Assembly (NCBI GenBank): GCA_965113315.1 | Contig: OZ220367.1 | From: Podarcis vaucheri | Taxonomy: Eukaryota | Reading direction: 5' to 3' (one strand) | Length of the DNA stretch: 64,000 bases | Part shown: in pieces, positions 12,931 through 25,902 of the stretch | Position numbering within the stretch: position 1 is the first letter of the stretch | How the letters are laid out: each line of letters opens with the position of its first letter | Position numbers and translations under genes: made by a program | The notes under the pieces: generated by a model | The model's input: only the letters and a program-made list of their open reading frames with translations | The model's database searches: none | Told to the model about the DNA's origin: nothing

Positions 12931-13181
12931 AAGTCGTACCTCAGAAGTCGAGCAGAATCCATTCTGGAAGTCTGTTTGACTTCTGAAATGTTTGATTTCC
13001 AAAGCGCAGCTTCTTATTGGCTGCAGGAAGCTCCTGCAGCCAAACGGAAGCCATGGAAGCCCCGTTAGACGTTCAGCTTCCAAAAGAACATTCAGAAACT
13101 GGAACACTCACTTCTGGTTTTCGATTGTTTGGGAGCCAGAATGTTTGACTCACAAGGCATTCAGTAGCCGAGGTACGACTG
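12931..13181. mobile_element. Non-autonomous Tigger/pogo-like MITE (second family)
   Basis: TIRs (A)AGTCGTACCTCAG ... CCGAGGTACGACTG, with TA on the left. Perfect internal 12-bp hairpin TTGGCTGCAGGA-AGC-TCCTGCAGCCAA at 13017-13043. Confidence 0.8.
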
Positions 13182-13627
13182 TGTACCCCATTGTAAAGGG
13201 CTGCCTAAATGAAGAAAAGGGAGCTGACCAGTCATACCACTATTTCTATTTCATTTAACAGGATAGGTTTAGGGTGGCAGAGTCCACAACCAATCACAAA
13301 CTACCTGCCCTGTGCGGGAAAGAGGAAAACATGTAGGACAGATTGCATATGTAAGCCTAGCACATGAAATAGTATTTAATCGAGTAAGTCAGAGATCCTC
13401 AGAAAACCAAGTCACTTCTGTTTAGGTACCTTAATGAATGTTAAAATGTTTTGATCTCGATTTAAGATTTAAGATGGTGCTTTATCTTTGAATCCCAGAG
13501 AGAATCCTAGCTGAATTATTTTCACTATCCTTTTGATAGCAATTTAATATGCTGCTGACTGTCCCCCCCCCTAAAAAAAGAAGACGACATGTTGGAGACT
13601 GCATTCATCCACTTGTCCATATATCTA

Positions 13628-14378
13628 CCATATTTTTCGCTCTATAGGACGCACTTTTTCCCCTTCAAAAATGAAGGGGAAGTGTGTGTGCGTCCTATGG
13701 AGCGAAGACGCCGTAGCCCCACGACCCTCTCCCGGCTGGGGAGGTGACGCGCGGCTATAGAGGCTCCTGCCATAGCTGCGCGTCACCTCTCCAGCTGGGA
13801 GAGGGTCGCAGGGGGCTGCTTTAGCCCCGCACACGTTCTCCCGGCTGGAGAGGTGAAGCGTGGCTATGGCAGGAGCCTCTACAGCCCCACGTCACCTCTC
13901 CAGCCAGGAGAGCGCGCGCGGGGCTAAAGAAGCACCCCGCGACCCTCTCCCGGCTGGAGAGGTGACGCGCAGCTACGGCAGGAGCCTCTATAGCCGCGCG
14001 TCACCTCCCTAGCCGGGAGAGCGCGCCCGCTGCTCTCTGACCTGCTCTTTGGGGCTGGTGGTGGGCTCCCCCCCGCCAGCCCCAAAGAGCAGGTCGAAAG
14101 GAACCTGAAGCCTGGAGAGCGAGAGGGGTCAGTGCACACCGACCCCTCTCGCTCTCCAGGCTTCCAAGGTAGCCACCTGAACGCACCTTAAACGGCACCT
14201 TGTTTTAGAGCAGGAAAACAAGAGGGGGAAAGTTCTCCCCCTCTCTGTGCAGCGCCTCCTGCCGCTTCACTGAAGGGGCGCTGGGCAGAGAGAGGGAGAA
14301 TTTTTTTTTCTTGTTCTCCCCCCTCTAAAACAAAGTGCGTCCTATTGTCCGGTGCGTCCAATGGTGCGAAAAATACGG
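13628..14378. mobile_element. Non-autonomous Tc1/mariner (Tc2/pogo-like) element with CpG-rich palindromic interior
   Basis: 27-bp TIRs CCATATTTTTCGCTCTATAGGACGCAC / CCGTATTTTTCGCACCATTGGACGCAC (4 mismatches). TA duplication on both sides. Repeated subterminal GGACGCAC motifs. No transposase ORF. Confidence 0.9.
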
Positions 14379-17300
14379 TATATATCCTTTGTTTGAGTAC
14401 AGTGACTGGTTTTCAATAAAACCCCAGACACTTCACTTTTGCTTATGCTCACCTTCTCTATAGCTATGTTTGTATAATAAAGGGAAGGATAGAGTATGGG
14501 GTAGCTACCAACATCTTGATTACTGGATACCATCTCTCTCTGTTCTGATTTCATGCTATTTCCTTTTCATCCAGCACCATAAGAAGCCCCCTTTCTACAG
14601 TGCTGACACTAGAATATATCTATAAAATACTTGTATTAAATCCAATAAAGCTGTGTTTTTTACTCGTGTATAGTAATACTCTGGATAAATCTTCTTAAGC
14701 TTTCTGGGTCTTATTTGACACTAAATTAAAATCTGGTCTTGTATGGCATGTTCATTCCCTCACTTGTCTCTATTGTCTATGTCTTTCATTTGATATCAGA
14801 AAATCACCAGGGGAATGTCAACCTATATTTCCCCCTTTGAAGAAATTCATACACACCGATGCTGCTGGGCAGTCTTCAAGGTCGTTATTGTAATGCTTGG
14901 AAATTATCCCTCCAAAGTCTAATCAGTATTTTCGTTTGTGCTCCTTTATGTTCTGATTTCTGAAGTTTTCTTGCATAGATCAGCTTTTAATCAATCAGTC
15001 ATTCTACACTTGTATAGCACTTTCATGCCATGGATCTGAGGAATATTTCCAAACAATATGATAATGTATACAATTACCTACAAATTATAGAGAGCTAAAT
15101 TCTGGAACCGAATGCAAATTGTCAGATAGCTACTTCAGTGAGCAAGTTCACCAATTTCTAGAACCTCCTGTGCCAGAAGAAAAAAATAATACCATCTTTA
15201 AAACAGAGAGAGATAGATCTATGAAACAACAATTTCTAAACTGTGTGATAGCAGCCATTAGGCCTGCATAATTGACTTTGGTACACAAATGATAAAGGGC
15301 ATGAAAAAGGCATAAAAATACCGCTATATTACTAGTTAGCAAGCAGGGTTGGAAACCGTAAGGTAATTTGTCCTTTCATGTACCTTCCAGAATTTTACGG
15401 ATGAAAATAGGTGCATTTGATTTATATTGAACAGGCAAGTGGCTCCTACTGTGATAGTGTGCAAGCAAACATAAATGAGCTATTGAGAGCCCGTCATGCG
15501 CTGAATGCAGTGCTGGAGACTGAACTTCCAGTTGCTCCTCAGGGTCGCCTTGAACATTACAATCAAGTGGCAATGGCAGATACTCGAGTAACTTGCACAT
15601 CTGCTTTTATTATATAGGAAGTGGGTATTTTCCCCTGTGAAAGGAGACATGTGGACCTTAGATGCACAGGGAATTCAAACATCATTATGCAGGAGAAGTG
15701 TGCACTGTCCCTCTTAGAAAGTTCAACTGGGAGCACAAAAACTGAACTCATACACCTGCTCCTTCTGATTTGACAATAATGCCCAAATCCATCCACACTC
15801 AGCTATAAAACTTCCTTGCTGGGTGGCCCTGGGGTAAGTCGCAATCTCATAATAACCCTATTTATAGGGTTATGTTCAGAACAGAAGGAGGGTGGGCATG
15901 GAATACCCAATAAGGTTATGAAAAATATCATGGCAAGCCCACTTGCATCTTCATCTCAAATAGGGGCTTCCAATGAATGGGACCAGCATCCTGAGCCAGA
16001 AATTTCTGCAAATTTCTGTCAAAATTTGGCTCTTAGCTCAATTTCAGGAGGAAAGATGCTGTGTGATTCTTTCTGTTGTGTGAAGATGATTCAAGATGCT
16101 TGAAGAGCTCAAAGAAGACATTGGAATGGTAGCACCAATTTCCCTGCAGAAATTTTACAGTTGTTCAATTCTTGAGCCCAAGCCCTGACAATTTGGTACA
16201 TGAAATGGTAAGGTTTATCTTCATATTTCAGAGTTCAAAGTCTATTCCTAATGGGGAAAATGGCATTCTGATTTTCCCAAGTTGTTCTGGGATATATGCA
16301 CCGAGTGAAATACCCTAATTTACCTCATTTTGCAAATTATGAATTACATACCTCTTTATCAGGTGTGTAGGAAAATGTTCTGAAATGTAAAATAGTAAAT
16401 TGCTTCAAATCCCTGGAGGAGAAATGCTCAAGAAACAGATATTAATGTTTAACTCCTCCCTGTAAGCCTTGTGCTACTTGCAAGGCATCACTAACAGCAT
16501 CAACCAGGCCCTCTTTCTATAACTGAGAATAGAAGCCAAGAAGATAGGAGGGTACTTTCTATGGCTCAGAGTGGTACTAAGTCTTTCTTTGGAACTCTGC
16601 TCTCAGCTACACAAGAGGAAAGCCGAATGCTTTATAGGAGATCATGCAGTCCTACCTAAAAGGACTGGCACAGGAGGTATTCCAAAATAGGAAAAATTGC
16701 ATCCAATTCCCAATATTAAAATGAAAGTAGACTATACAACCTGCGTTGCCAATATTGCTGGATTTAAGATTTGGAATGAGGTTATTCAGACTATGCCCCT
16801 GTTCTGTCATTACATCAGAAATGCACAATTCAGTAACAAACGTATTCCCAAAGGCAGATTTACAGCCATTATTATGGGTTCCCCCCACCTCTAAATGTTC
16901 GGACCTCATTTTCTGCGCACCTGCTGTTTGAATCTGTACACGGTCACTCTGAATTCTACACTACAGCAGAAAATGTTATTTCTTTAAAAACGTATCTGCT
17001 TATCTTAAACAAAAATCAGCACAAGAGAGGAAGGTTAGATACAAAATACAGCTTATTTCACACTGCTGTCTTGTAGTGCCTTGACATCATAGGCCAAATT
17101 TGAAACTTCCTGCTTACATCAGGAACAATGTATTATTGGAGTCACTGACCTGCAGGAAGATGAGCAACAGATCTTTGACTTCCCAAAGCAGAGGCATTTA
17201 TAACTTCTAAAATGATTGTGTTATCTACTTTGTAACACATAATCTTTCTTTCATACTCATAATATGTTGTTTCTGGTTTTTCTCCTTAAAGAACATTGGT

Positions 17301-17654
17301 GTGTGATGGCTATTTGATTACAGTAGCTGGGCTATGACTAGGGGTGTATCTGATCACTGCAGAGTGAGGCATTATCATTTTATTATTGACAAGGTTATGT
17401 TAATATTGCTTGATAGTCTAGGATGGTCAAAGGATGTCTCTTTATAGGAACTAACTTTTAGAAGATGGTTTGTTGATGCAGCGATCTCCCAAGAATGTTT
17501 TGAATAGGAAACCCACCAGGTGGCAAATCTCCCAACCTCATAGCTGGGGGTGGGGGGAAGTATGGATGAAAGCCTATGGGGCAGTGGATCTGTTGCATGC
17601 TATGGGTGTTCACGCAGCTTGTGGCCACCTATGCTCTACATACACTTTTAAATA

Positions 17655-17890
17655 CAGTGGTACCTTGGTTTACGAACGTAATCCGTTCCGGAAGTCTGTT
17701 CTTAAACCAAAACCGTTCTTAAACCAAGGTGCACTTTCCCTAATGAGGCCTCCCGCCACTGGTGCCCTTCCACCATTCGATTTCCATTCTTAGACTGAGG
17801 TAAAATTCTCAAACCAAGACACTATTTCCAGTTTTGCGGAGTTTGTAAACCAAATCGTTCTTAAACTGGACTGCTCTTAAACCGAGGGTA
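17655..17890. mobile_element. Tigger/pogo-like MITE, right end eroded
   Basis: TA then CAGTGGTACCTTGGTTTACGAAC. Internal GTTCTTAAACC repeats. Degenerate right TIR TTAAACCGAGGGTA. Confidence 0.75.
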
Positions 17891-18469
17891 TATATCAAAT
17901 ATTACAAAACACTAGCTTCCATTCACATGCATGGAAGGCAGTGCCATGTTTAATCTGAAACAGGGCCATACTTTAATGCTGCACCTGAAGTCACACCTCT
18001 TTCCTCCAAGAATGGCAAATTCAATGCATTTGGTCTAGCATTCACTACAACATCTCTCATTGGCTGGGATTACTTCAGGAAATAAGGACCAAAGGGTAAA
18101 AAACTATGGTGCTGAAGTAACCCATGGAAACAATGGCTGTGAACAACTTCAAACAGTGTACTTCCCTGCAAGTAAAAAGCAAATACTTTTTCTGGAGCTT
18201 TTTCATGCCTCTTAAAAGCAGAATGTTCGTCCCAAAAACATTTGCAGGCAAATATTTGACACAGCTCTCATTCTGGAAAAAATGAAGTTATTTTTTCACA
18301 CCCTGGTTAGCATTTGCCTGTGGTGCTTTTATGCCTATTATCAGAAGTTCACAGAAGCAGCAGAGATTGCCATCTGGGCTCTTCCACTGGCATCCTTCAT
18401 AACTACTTAAGACTAATAACGCAACATTATAAGCAGGATGGAAAATCTACATGTTTAGAAGTTTGTATA

Positions 18470-18612
18470 CACCACTCATTTAAAGCACAAACCCCAAAAG
18501 ACTCATGGGAACCATAGTTTACCCACCACAACCTACAATTCCCAGCACCCTTAATAAAATACAATGCCCAGGACACTTTGAGGGGGTAATGGGTTTTAAA
18601 TGCATTGTGTGC
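18470..18612. mobile_element. Old squamate-type palindromic MITE fragment
   Basis: TTTAAAGCACA...CATGGGAACCATAGTTT...CTACAATTCCCAGCACCCTTAA motifs are shared with 19524-19703 and 42491-42670. Confidence 0.5.
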
Positions 18613-19079
18613 ACACATCCTAACTGGGGGAAAAACCCAAGAAGAAAATTGTAGGAACAAATGAACAGTTCTCACAACGGAGGGAGGAAAGTAGTGCCCA
18701 CTTCAAGGACTGCTGGTTTTCAATCTATTCCTAAATAATCTGGAGTTAGAAGTAAGCGGTGAGGTGGTCAAATTAGTTTATTTTCTTAAATTACTGTTCT
18801 GCTGTTATCTTTGGAGTGAGCATTTATTTGCTACTGTTGCAAGGGCTGTTATAGGAACTGGAAAAACTTACTTCCAATGAGGAAATGATCTAGTGGGTCT
18901 ATTTCCAAACCAGGCTCACCTCACCAGTCCTGTGGCAAAGACTGCCATACCATACCAGTTGATATGGGGCTACATTTGCAATATATTATGAAATAATTTT
19001 AATACCTGTTTCCACAGTCATGACATCCCATAAAGAATCCAGGGGAACTGCAGTTAAAGGTATTGAGATTCAATATTAT

Positions 19080-19422
19080 TGGTATGAAAGGGGGGCAGGA
19101 CGTAGGCACTATTCACACCCTTCTAACCTGCTAGTCTAGCTTCCTTTGTTGAGGTGACAGCCTGGCTGAAAGGCCATTAAGGGAAACAAAGGAAAGGGAC
19201 TCTGTGTGAGATGACTAGCTTGTAGCTAGTTGGAAGACAAAGCTAGAGATTGGAGTAGAGTTTTGATGCTCGGAACCCCAACCATCATAGGCTCAGTTTG
19301 TACATGTGTACATAAACCATATATCATAAAGACACCACAGTCTCAACTGTGCCTCATTTCCAAAAGGAAACATTCCAGTAAGTACCCGGAATCTCGCACT
19401 GCTCAGAGATTGAAGTGGCAAT
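19080..19422 (+). mobile_element. Possible degenerate solo LTR
   Basis: LTR-like layout with a poly(A)-signal-like segment (CATAAACCATATATCATAAAGACACCACAGTCTC). Termini and TSD are not clean. Confidence 0.3.
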
Positions 19423-19427
19423 AGTAG

Positions 19428-19452
19428 TGATGATGATGATGATGATGATGAT
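19428..19452. repeat. (GAT)n microsatellite
   Basis: Seen directly. It produces the poly-S and poly-H runs in the ORF track. Confidence 0.95.
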
Positions 19453-19523
19453 AACATAACCCCATCTTTCCTTCCCCAGGAGCCAGGACAGCAAACATAC
19501 AAGTGAAAAAACAATTAAAATAT

Positions 19524-19703
19524 CTACAATTCCAAGAGTGGTTTAATGATAAATCCCTCTTCTCAAGGGAGTGTGGGAATTTTAGTGCTGTGTGGGGAAC
19601 AGGGATCTTCGAACAACTCTCAGCATCCTTAACAAGCAAACTCCCATAATTATTTGGGGGAAGTCATGTATAATAGTGCTTCAAATGTATGGTTCAAATG
19701 TGC
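19524..19703. mobile_element. Old squamate-type palindromic MITE fragment
   Basis: AGAGTGGTTTAA...CTCTCAGCATCCTTAACAA...TTGGGGGAAGTCATG aligns by eye with 42491-42670. Confidence 0.55.
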
Positions 19704-22700
19704 TTGAAAAGAGACCTAACATACATGGGACAGAATAAGGTACAGTGAGAGCTCTGTCTTAAGAAACTTGGAAGTGACATCCAGGAAGATGTCTATGTTT
19801 GGGCAATGAAACATAAAATAACAAATAGCATATCTAAGGTTTTACTGTTTGTTGAGATGATGAAATCATAATAATTTTCATTACATGCCCTAGATATGGT
19901 TGCTAAAATAAGGAAATTCTGAGATGAAAGAGGCATAGAGAGCATCAAAGAAACTGTTTAATATGTTCGGGAAAACCATGAATATTCATGCCAATGAAAT
20001 CACGTTACAACCTAATGGAACAGCAGTTGACCACCATGCTGCTGAAATGTAATTCAGGCATAAATATTCGGATACCTTTCTACAGTGACAAACCTCTGGA
20101 ATTGCAGTGGAAATAAAAGTATATAGCATAACTCATAACCAATGTATTATTCTTGGATGAAACACACATACTAATAGGAAGAAGGGGAAAAGCGTCTTGT
20201 CTCTTGCATTGCGAGGTTGAAATTTTCACTGTTGTACAAGAACTTTAAATGATGCAACATGTGAGGTTGAACGGCATTCCCCAACTTAGTGAAATATGAT
20301 CATTAGCAGGCCCACTAGTGCAAGCTTTTAAAGCAGAGTCATCTGTTAAATTCAATTTTATTTCACTGGCTGGTGATTCAGATGAGTCTTTTCCTTCCTG
20401 GAATGCTCATCTATGTGCATGATCTTCAAAAGCAGCATTTATTTGCCAACTTCATTCCCAGTTCTACTCTTACTCACACAGCACACTTGGATCATAATGC
20501 CTGGCCACACATAACCCCACAATAAAACAGAATGAAACGTTTATTGCCTACAAATGACATTGTCTCACTGCTGCTGAGACAGCCCAAAGGTTCAGGTCAT
20601 TCAATTGCTTTGTAGTGTTAAGCAAATGAAAAGAACTGAATTGACCATTCTAATACAAGGGGCCTATTGTGTTCATTCTTGACCCATGCAAGATCACATT
20701 GTTATTCAAATATTTTCATAATTGCCCCAATCCAGCGCTCCATGTGTGCTTGAATGCTAGCATAGAGCTCTTATGCACCCCCTTCCCTTTCAATGGATGG
20801 AGCAACAGTTCCGCATATGCTAAAATGTGTGCACACAAATATGCACCCTCCCTTTGCATGCTAGGATGCTCTTGTCTATGTGACTGATTGCTGGTTCAAG
20901 GCCAATGCCGTGTAAATTTGGGGAGGTGTATAACTGCTATGTTTCCTGGCTGTATCATAGAAAAACACCATAAATGTTCTATCAGAAGCAATAGATGAAT
21001 TGCTACTGTGCCCAGCAACTTATGTTTAGTATCACAATTTTTGTTATAATTAGATAATTCTGTTACTGCATTTTTAAGTCTTTCACTTCCACTTCACTTC
21101 ATGAATATGTAAGAAATATATATAGATAATTTAACCATTGAGTTACTTCACTACCCAGTTCATTTAGCTCTGCAGTGTTGCACAGACTTAATGATGGTTC
21201 TGCAAATGACTTGCTTGTTAAAGCTCCAAATTTAATAAGAAATTTATTTCTGCTGATAGCTCCACTGTACTTAGCATTCAAAATATCAAAGGACAATTGC
21301 CAAATGTTCATAATGCAAGTTGTCAGGAGTGCAATCTGGAATAATGGAATATACATCTTGCAAACTTGCACTTTGATATGGCAAATCACTTGGTCAGCAA
21401 GCAAATTGATTCATTTATGATTTCCTATTATTGCAAGTAGTGGGTATGTTTTTACAAGAAGTTCCACTCTCTGAAGACTTACAAACACCATCATGTAAAA
21501 TCACCTACAGAACAATATCAGTTATGAATATCAGTCATACTGAGTATACTGATACTGAGTACATGGATAGAAAATTTGCACTTGCCATAAAATTATTTTC
21601 TCACAATTCAAAATGTCACAAAGGATTTAAAAATAATGATGAGATGATGATGATTTGGCTTTCAATTTTGGCTTATTTTCTGCTTAACATTAATCCAAAA
21701 CACAGGGTCAAATTGCACATTATGTTAACCAGGGGAGCATCCGCTTTTTTTAGGGAGAGCACCCAGGAAGTAAGAGGGGGTCGGAACACAAAGTGCCCAT
21801 TGACGTCAAGTGTTATTGGGTTAAGCAGAATAACCATGGGGATATTGTGGAGACTAAAGCCATACTGCACGCAGCATTCATATAGGTGCTCTACTTCAAC
21901 ATAAACACTTCTGTGCTTGAATCCTGACTGTACGAGACACTAGGCCAGTTCACATGTACCAATCCTGGATTAGCGCCAAGTTATACATTATGTTAGTCAT
22001 GCTTTAAAGTAAATGTCTTTAAACAGGCCACTTATTTTGAAGAAAAAAGGCAGCAGTTTAGGAGGTGTGATATTGTCCTTCGCCTCAGGCACATAAATGT
22101 CTGGGGCTGGGCCTGCTTACAGTCTTCGCATCTGTTCCGACTGCTGCAGTACCATTTCTCTATATGATTTATTATTATATTCCACTGAATATTAGAGTTC
22201 ATTTCTTAACCCAGCTGTGCTATACACACCCCACAGTCAGCTGGATCCTTCCATTTGCTTGGGGAAGGAATGCATCAGTGATACCAAAGCTCTGACTCTG
22301 TTTTATTTCAGCCTTGATGGGACATCAGGAAAATAATAAAAGAGGATCAAACTGGGACATTAACCGGTAACAACTGACTGAACCTGGTGCTTTTCATTCA
22401 GCAAACCCTTTTTGTCCATTTGCAAGTGCCCTTAATTTAGAAAGCAGATTTTTTACTACTATTCTTTGGGCACTGGCACTGACTCAGGACCAGCTATTGG
22501 CAGTCCTCTGCTGTCGGCTGGCCCTTGGCAAAACATTTGGTCTGATCTATTCTCAGAAACTCACTTGCCAGCTGTCTAAAATCTATTCAGAGCTCATCTG
22601 TGCTTTGGAATTGCTTCTGACCTGAGGGTTATTGTGATTGATAATGTAAGCAGATCTTCAAGAAGATGAAGAAGAACCAGCTAACTGTATGATCAACAGG

Positions 22701-23294
22701 CAAATCCTTGTCAAATGTGTTTAATTGTAGTGGAACCATCCTGATGCCACTTGTTTGGCTACTTATTACAGCACCAAGGCCCCCCAAAACCCTTTCTGCC
22801 CATAGCCAGGGAGGTTAAAACATTATGGTTCATCCTGTGGAGGCCGTGAGTATTATTTGCCTATTATGGGTGACCCCAGTATTTGGACGCTGCTCACCGT
22901 GTGGGTGACTATGAAAACAGAAAGTCTCCGACCAGCTCCTGGAGCACAGTCGACATGAGCAGACATGCCACTAGGGAGGACAACTGTTCACATCCATATC
23001 TTCATCTGAGATTAATAGGAAGCTGCGATGAATGGGAAGCTGTGGGGGACATCAATCTGCAAATCACACCTCTTCTATTATTCAGATGATATTGCTGGAT
23101 TAGGGCAATGATCTATCTCCAGGTTGTTATCTCTCTTGTTATTATCTCTCTCAATGGCCATCGTTCTTATTCTAAGTACCACAGGGTTGGTCAGGAATTA
23201 GAAGTGTTATGTCTCCCAAGTTATGCATCCTCTGTAAAAGAACCCCCACTCCTAAACCCAGTATGTGATGTAGAACATGTTCAAAAATGATTGG

Positions 23295-23467
23295 GAAGAT
23301 GCAAAGCTGTCTTATAGTGAGTCAGACAACCAAATTGTCTAGCTCAGTATTGTTGACATTTTCCAGGATTTTAGGCAGGGGCTCTCCTAGCCTAATCTGA
23401 AGTTGTTGGGGGTTCAACCTGGGACCTTTAGTTTGCAAAACATGTGCTCTGCCACTGACCCATGGCT
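23295..23467 (-). mobile_element. tRNA-derived SINE with CR1-type 3' end (Squam2-like), degenerate
   Basis: Reverse-complement homologue of 31716-31910 (GCTGTCTTATAGTGAGTCAGAC...TCTAGCTCAGTATTGT...CCTGGGACC...TGCTCTGCCACTGA). Confidence 0.65.
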
Positions 23468-24809
23468 GACCATTAATTCTTCTTAGGTTTTCTAATGCGT
23501 TTCATGCTTTGAATTTAAAAGGGCACACACAAGCGAATGAGTATGTTCCATGGCATTCTCAAACCAAGGAATTCCAGTACTGGTTGTGATCAGAAGAGTA
23601 GACTAAAGTGTTGTTGATTTAAATATAAAAATATAAAATATTTCAAAGGAGCATAGTAAACAAATAAGGTGTCTTGCAAAGTCAGCACTGTGGAGTCTGA
23701 AGGACAGCTGAACAACCCGAAAACCAGGCACATGTTAATGTAATACTTTAGCTTGCAGTTTTGAGAATACATGCCATGACCCTTCCTCAGTTTTTCTTCA
23801 ACTCTTAATAGCACATAACTCAGACATAGTTTCTACCTGAGTGGAACATCTGACTTTGTTTTACAAGTAATTCATTAATGAGTCACCTACATGCCTTAGG
23901 TGGTTTATATCCATTATCCCCACTTAACAGTTTGGCCTCAGGATGCCTTTCAATATAAATAATCTTCGAAGATGCTTGTATAGCAGAAATGTGTTTCTTT
24001 TTATAGCAAATCTGAAATTAGCTAATTTTATTTGACTTTCTTTCTCGAGATGAGCATGAATTATGAAATACCATACAGCTGGCACGAAATTTACTAATAT
24101 GGCAGGGCTCCGACAAACTCTGCACAAATACACAGAACACATGTTCCAGTCATTTTTCTCTACATGACTTTTAACTGGTCAGGTGGAGTTTTAAAGTAGA
24201 CCTTGATGGATGAAAAGTCATTTTAAATTGCATCTCACATTTCAGAAATAATTCTTTAAAGCTCTTGGTACTTCCTCCATGATTTATATTCTTTTTCGTG
24301 TAAGTCCTCTGAGAGGGTCAGGAGATCCCAGTTCAAGGAGTAGCTTTGGTATTATCCCACTCCCCCAAATCATCTCCTGCCTGTAGTTTTCTATTAAGGT
24401 AAACTGGGAAAAATAAAACATTAACTCTGCTAAAAAGGAATCTTACTTTTAGATATATTGAACCAAATGTATAACATATTGCTTTCCAAGAAAAATGATA
24501 ACTACTCTAGTGACTACATAAATTGTTTCAATGTTCAAAGTGGAACAAAATTACTAGGCTTCCATGGAGCCAACCAATGGAGTGCAAATGATTCATGCTG
24601 TCTACCAAGTATGTGTTGCATTTGTGTTTCCCTCCCTCTTTCCATTTAGGAGCTCAGCTGAGTATCCTGTAAGGTAGGGTAGGCTCAAGGCCTCATGAGC
24701 TTTGCCACAGAACAGATATTTGGACCTGGGCTTTCTGAAACAGCAATCGTTGTTGAAAGGTGGAAAGCCTTTACAGGTGGAGAAAGTTATTTGGAACAGA
24801 CACACAAAC

Positions 24810-25450
24810 CACTCTTCATTTCTCTTTGTTTTTCATTTTTTTTTCAGTTCAGCTGCCTGTACTTCCAGATCAGTTTGCATTTAAAATAAGTTCACATGAA
24901 AATCTGTGAAAAATTTTGCACGCTCTTCACCGAATATACACATTTTTGCATGCAGTTATGTCCCAATATAGGGGACGCAGGTGGCATTGTGGGTTAAACC
25001 ACAGAGCCTAGGACTTGCTGATCAGAAGGTCAGCGGTTCAAATCCCTGCAATGGGGTGAGCTCCCGTTCCTCGGTCCCTGCTCCTGCCAACCCAGCAGTT
25101 CGAAAGCACGTCAAACTGCAAGTAGATAAATAGGTACCACTCTGGCGGGAAGGTAAACGGTGTTTCTGTGCGCATCTCTTGTTCACCAGAAGAGGCTTAG
25201 TCATGCTGGCCACATGACCCAGAAGCTGTACACCAGCTCCCTCGGCCAATAAAGTGACATGAGCGCCGCAACCCTTTATCTATGTCCCAATATAAGCATT
25301 TTTTTGCAAACAATTTTCCCTAATTTTTTTTAACTAATATAAGTGTTTATAATCATTTCTAATACTCCCCCCCAAAAAACCCCGTAAAAATATAAATACA
25401 GCAAATGAATGCACACTTTTCTCTAATATGCACTTTTCTCCACATTGTGG
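24810..25450. mobile_element. Old hAT-type element (family of 62959-63328) interrupted by a Sauria SINE
   Basis: AATATACACATTTTTGCATGCA-type internal repeats continue on both sides of the SINE insertion. Confidence 0.5.
24971..25280 (+). mobile_element. Sauria SINE (Squam1-type)
   Basis: GGGGACGCAGGTGGCATTGTGGGTTAAACC head, B box GGTTCAAATCC, core TGCAAGTAGATAAATAGGTACC and a shortened CCTTTA tail. Perfect 14-bp TSD TATGTCCCAATATA (24957-24970, 25281-25294). Confidence 0.95.
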
Positions 25451-25454
25451 AACC

Positions 25455-25902
25455 ACACCTGTGAGCAGTCCCGAATTGACCGGGACATTCCAGAATTAAA
25501 GAAGCCACCCTAGCTTCTGATTGGATGTCCCATTTTCAGTGCTGAGTTTTTCCACGAGTCAGCTGCCTCCTGTGAGAGCTCAGCATGCAAAGATGCACAT
25601 CTTACACGTGAAAACAGGCACCCAAGACGGAGCCCATTGAGGTGGAGCAGAGGGAGTTTCTGGTGGTGCAGGCAAGGCTGCCACCACTGGCCCCAGAGGC
25701 CATGTCTCCTCTGCCTGATATCACCCCCACCAGAGGAAGAAAAGAAGACAACAAAGGCAATGGGGAAGAGGAGGAGGAGAAGGAGGTGGAAGTACCGGTC
25801 TGGCACTCACTGAAGGAGCTGCCTCCGGTAACAGAGACAGGGGGCTGGGGCTGGCAACAAAAGATACATGTCCCGAATTAATCAGCAGAATGTGGGTAGG
25901 TA
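25455..25902. mobile_element. Probable degenerate hAT-type MITE
   Basis: GTCCCGAATT / GGGACA subterminal motifs at both ends with a GC/purine-rich interior. No clean TSD. Confidence 0.35.

Noticed and set aside
13726-14021. Repeated palindromic units resembling a CRISPR or REP array, or a gene CpG-island promoter
   Set aside because: The context is eukaryotic, the units are about 76 bp with non-unique spacers, and all lie within TIRs and a TA duplication of a MITE.
21431-21904. 157-aa ORF
   Set aside because: Non-ATG start, no recognisable homology, no convincing splice sites, and composition like random AT-rich DNA.
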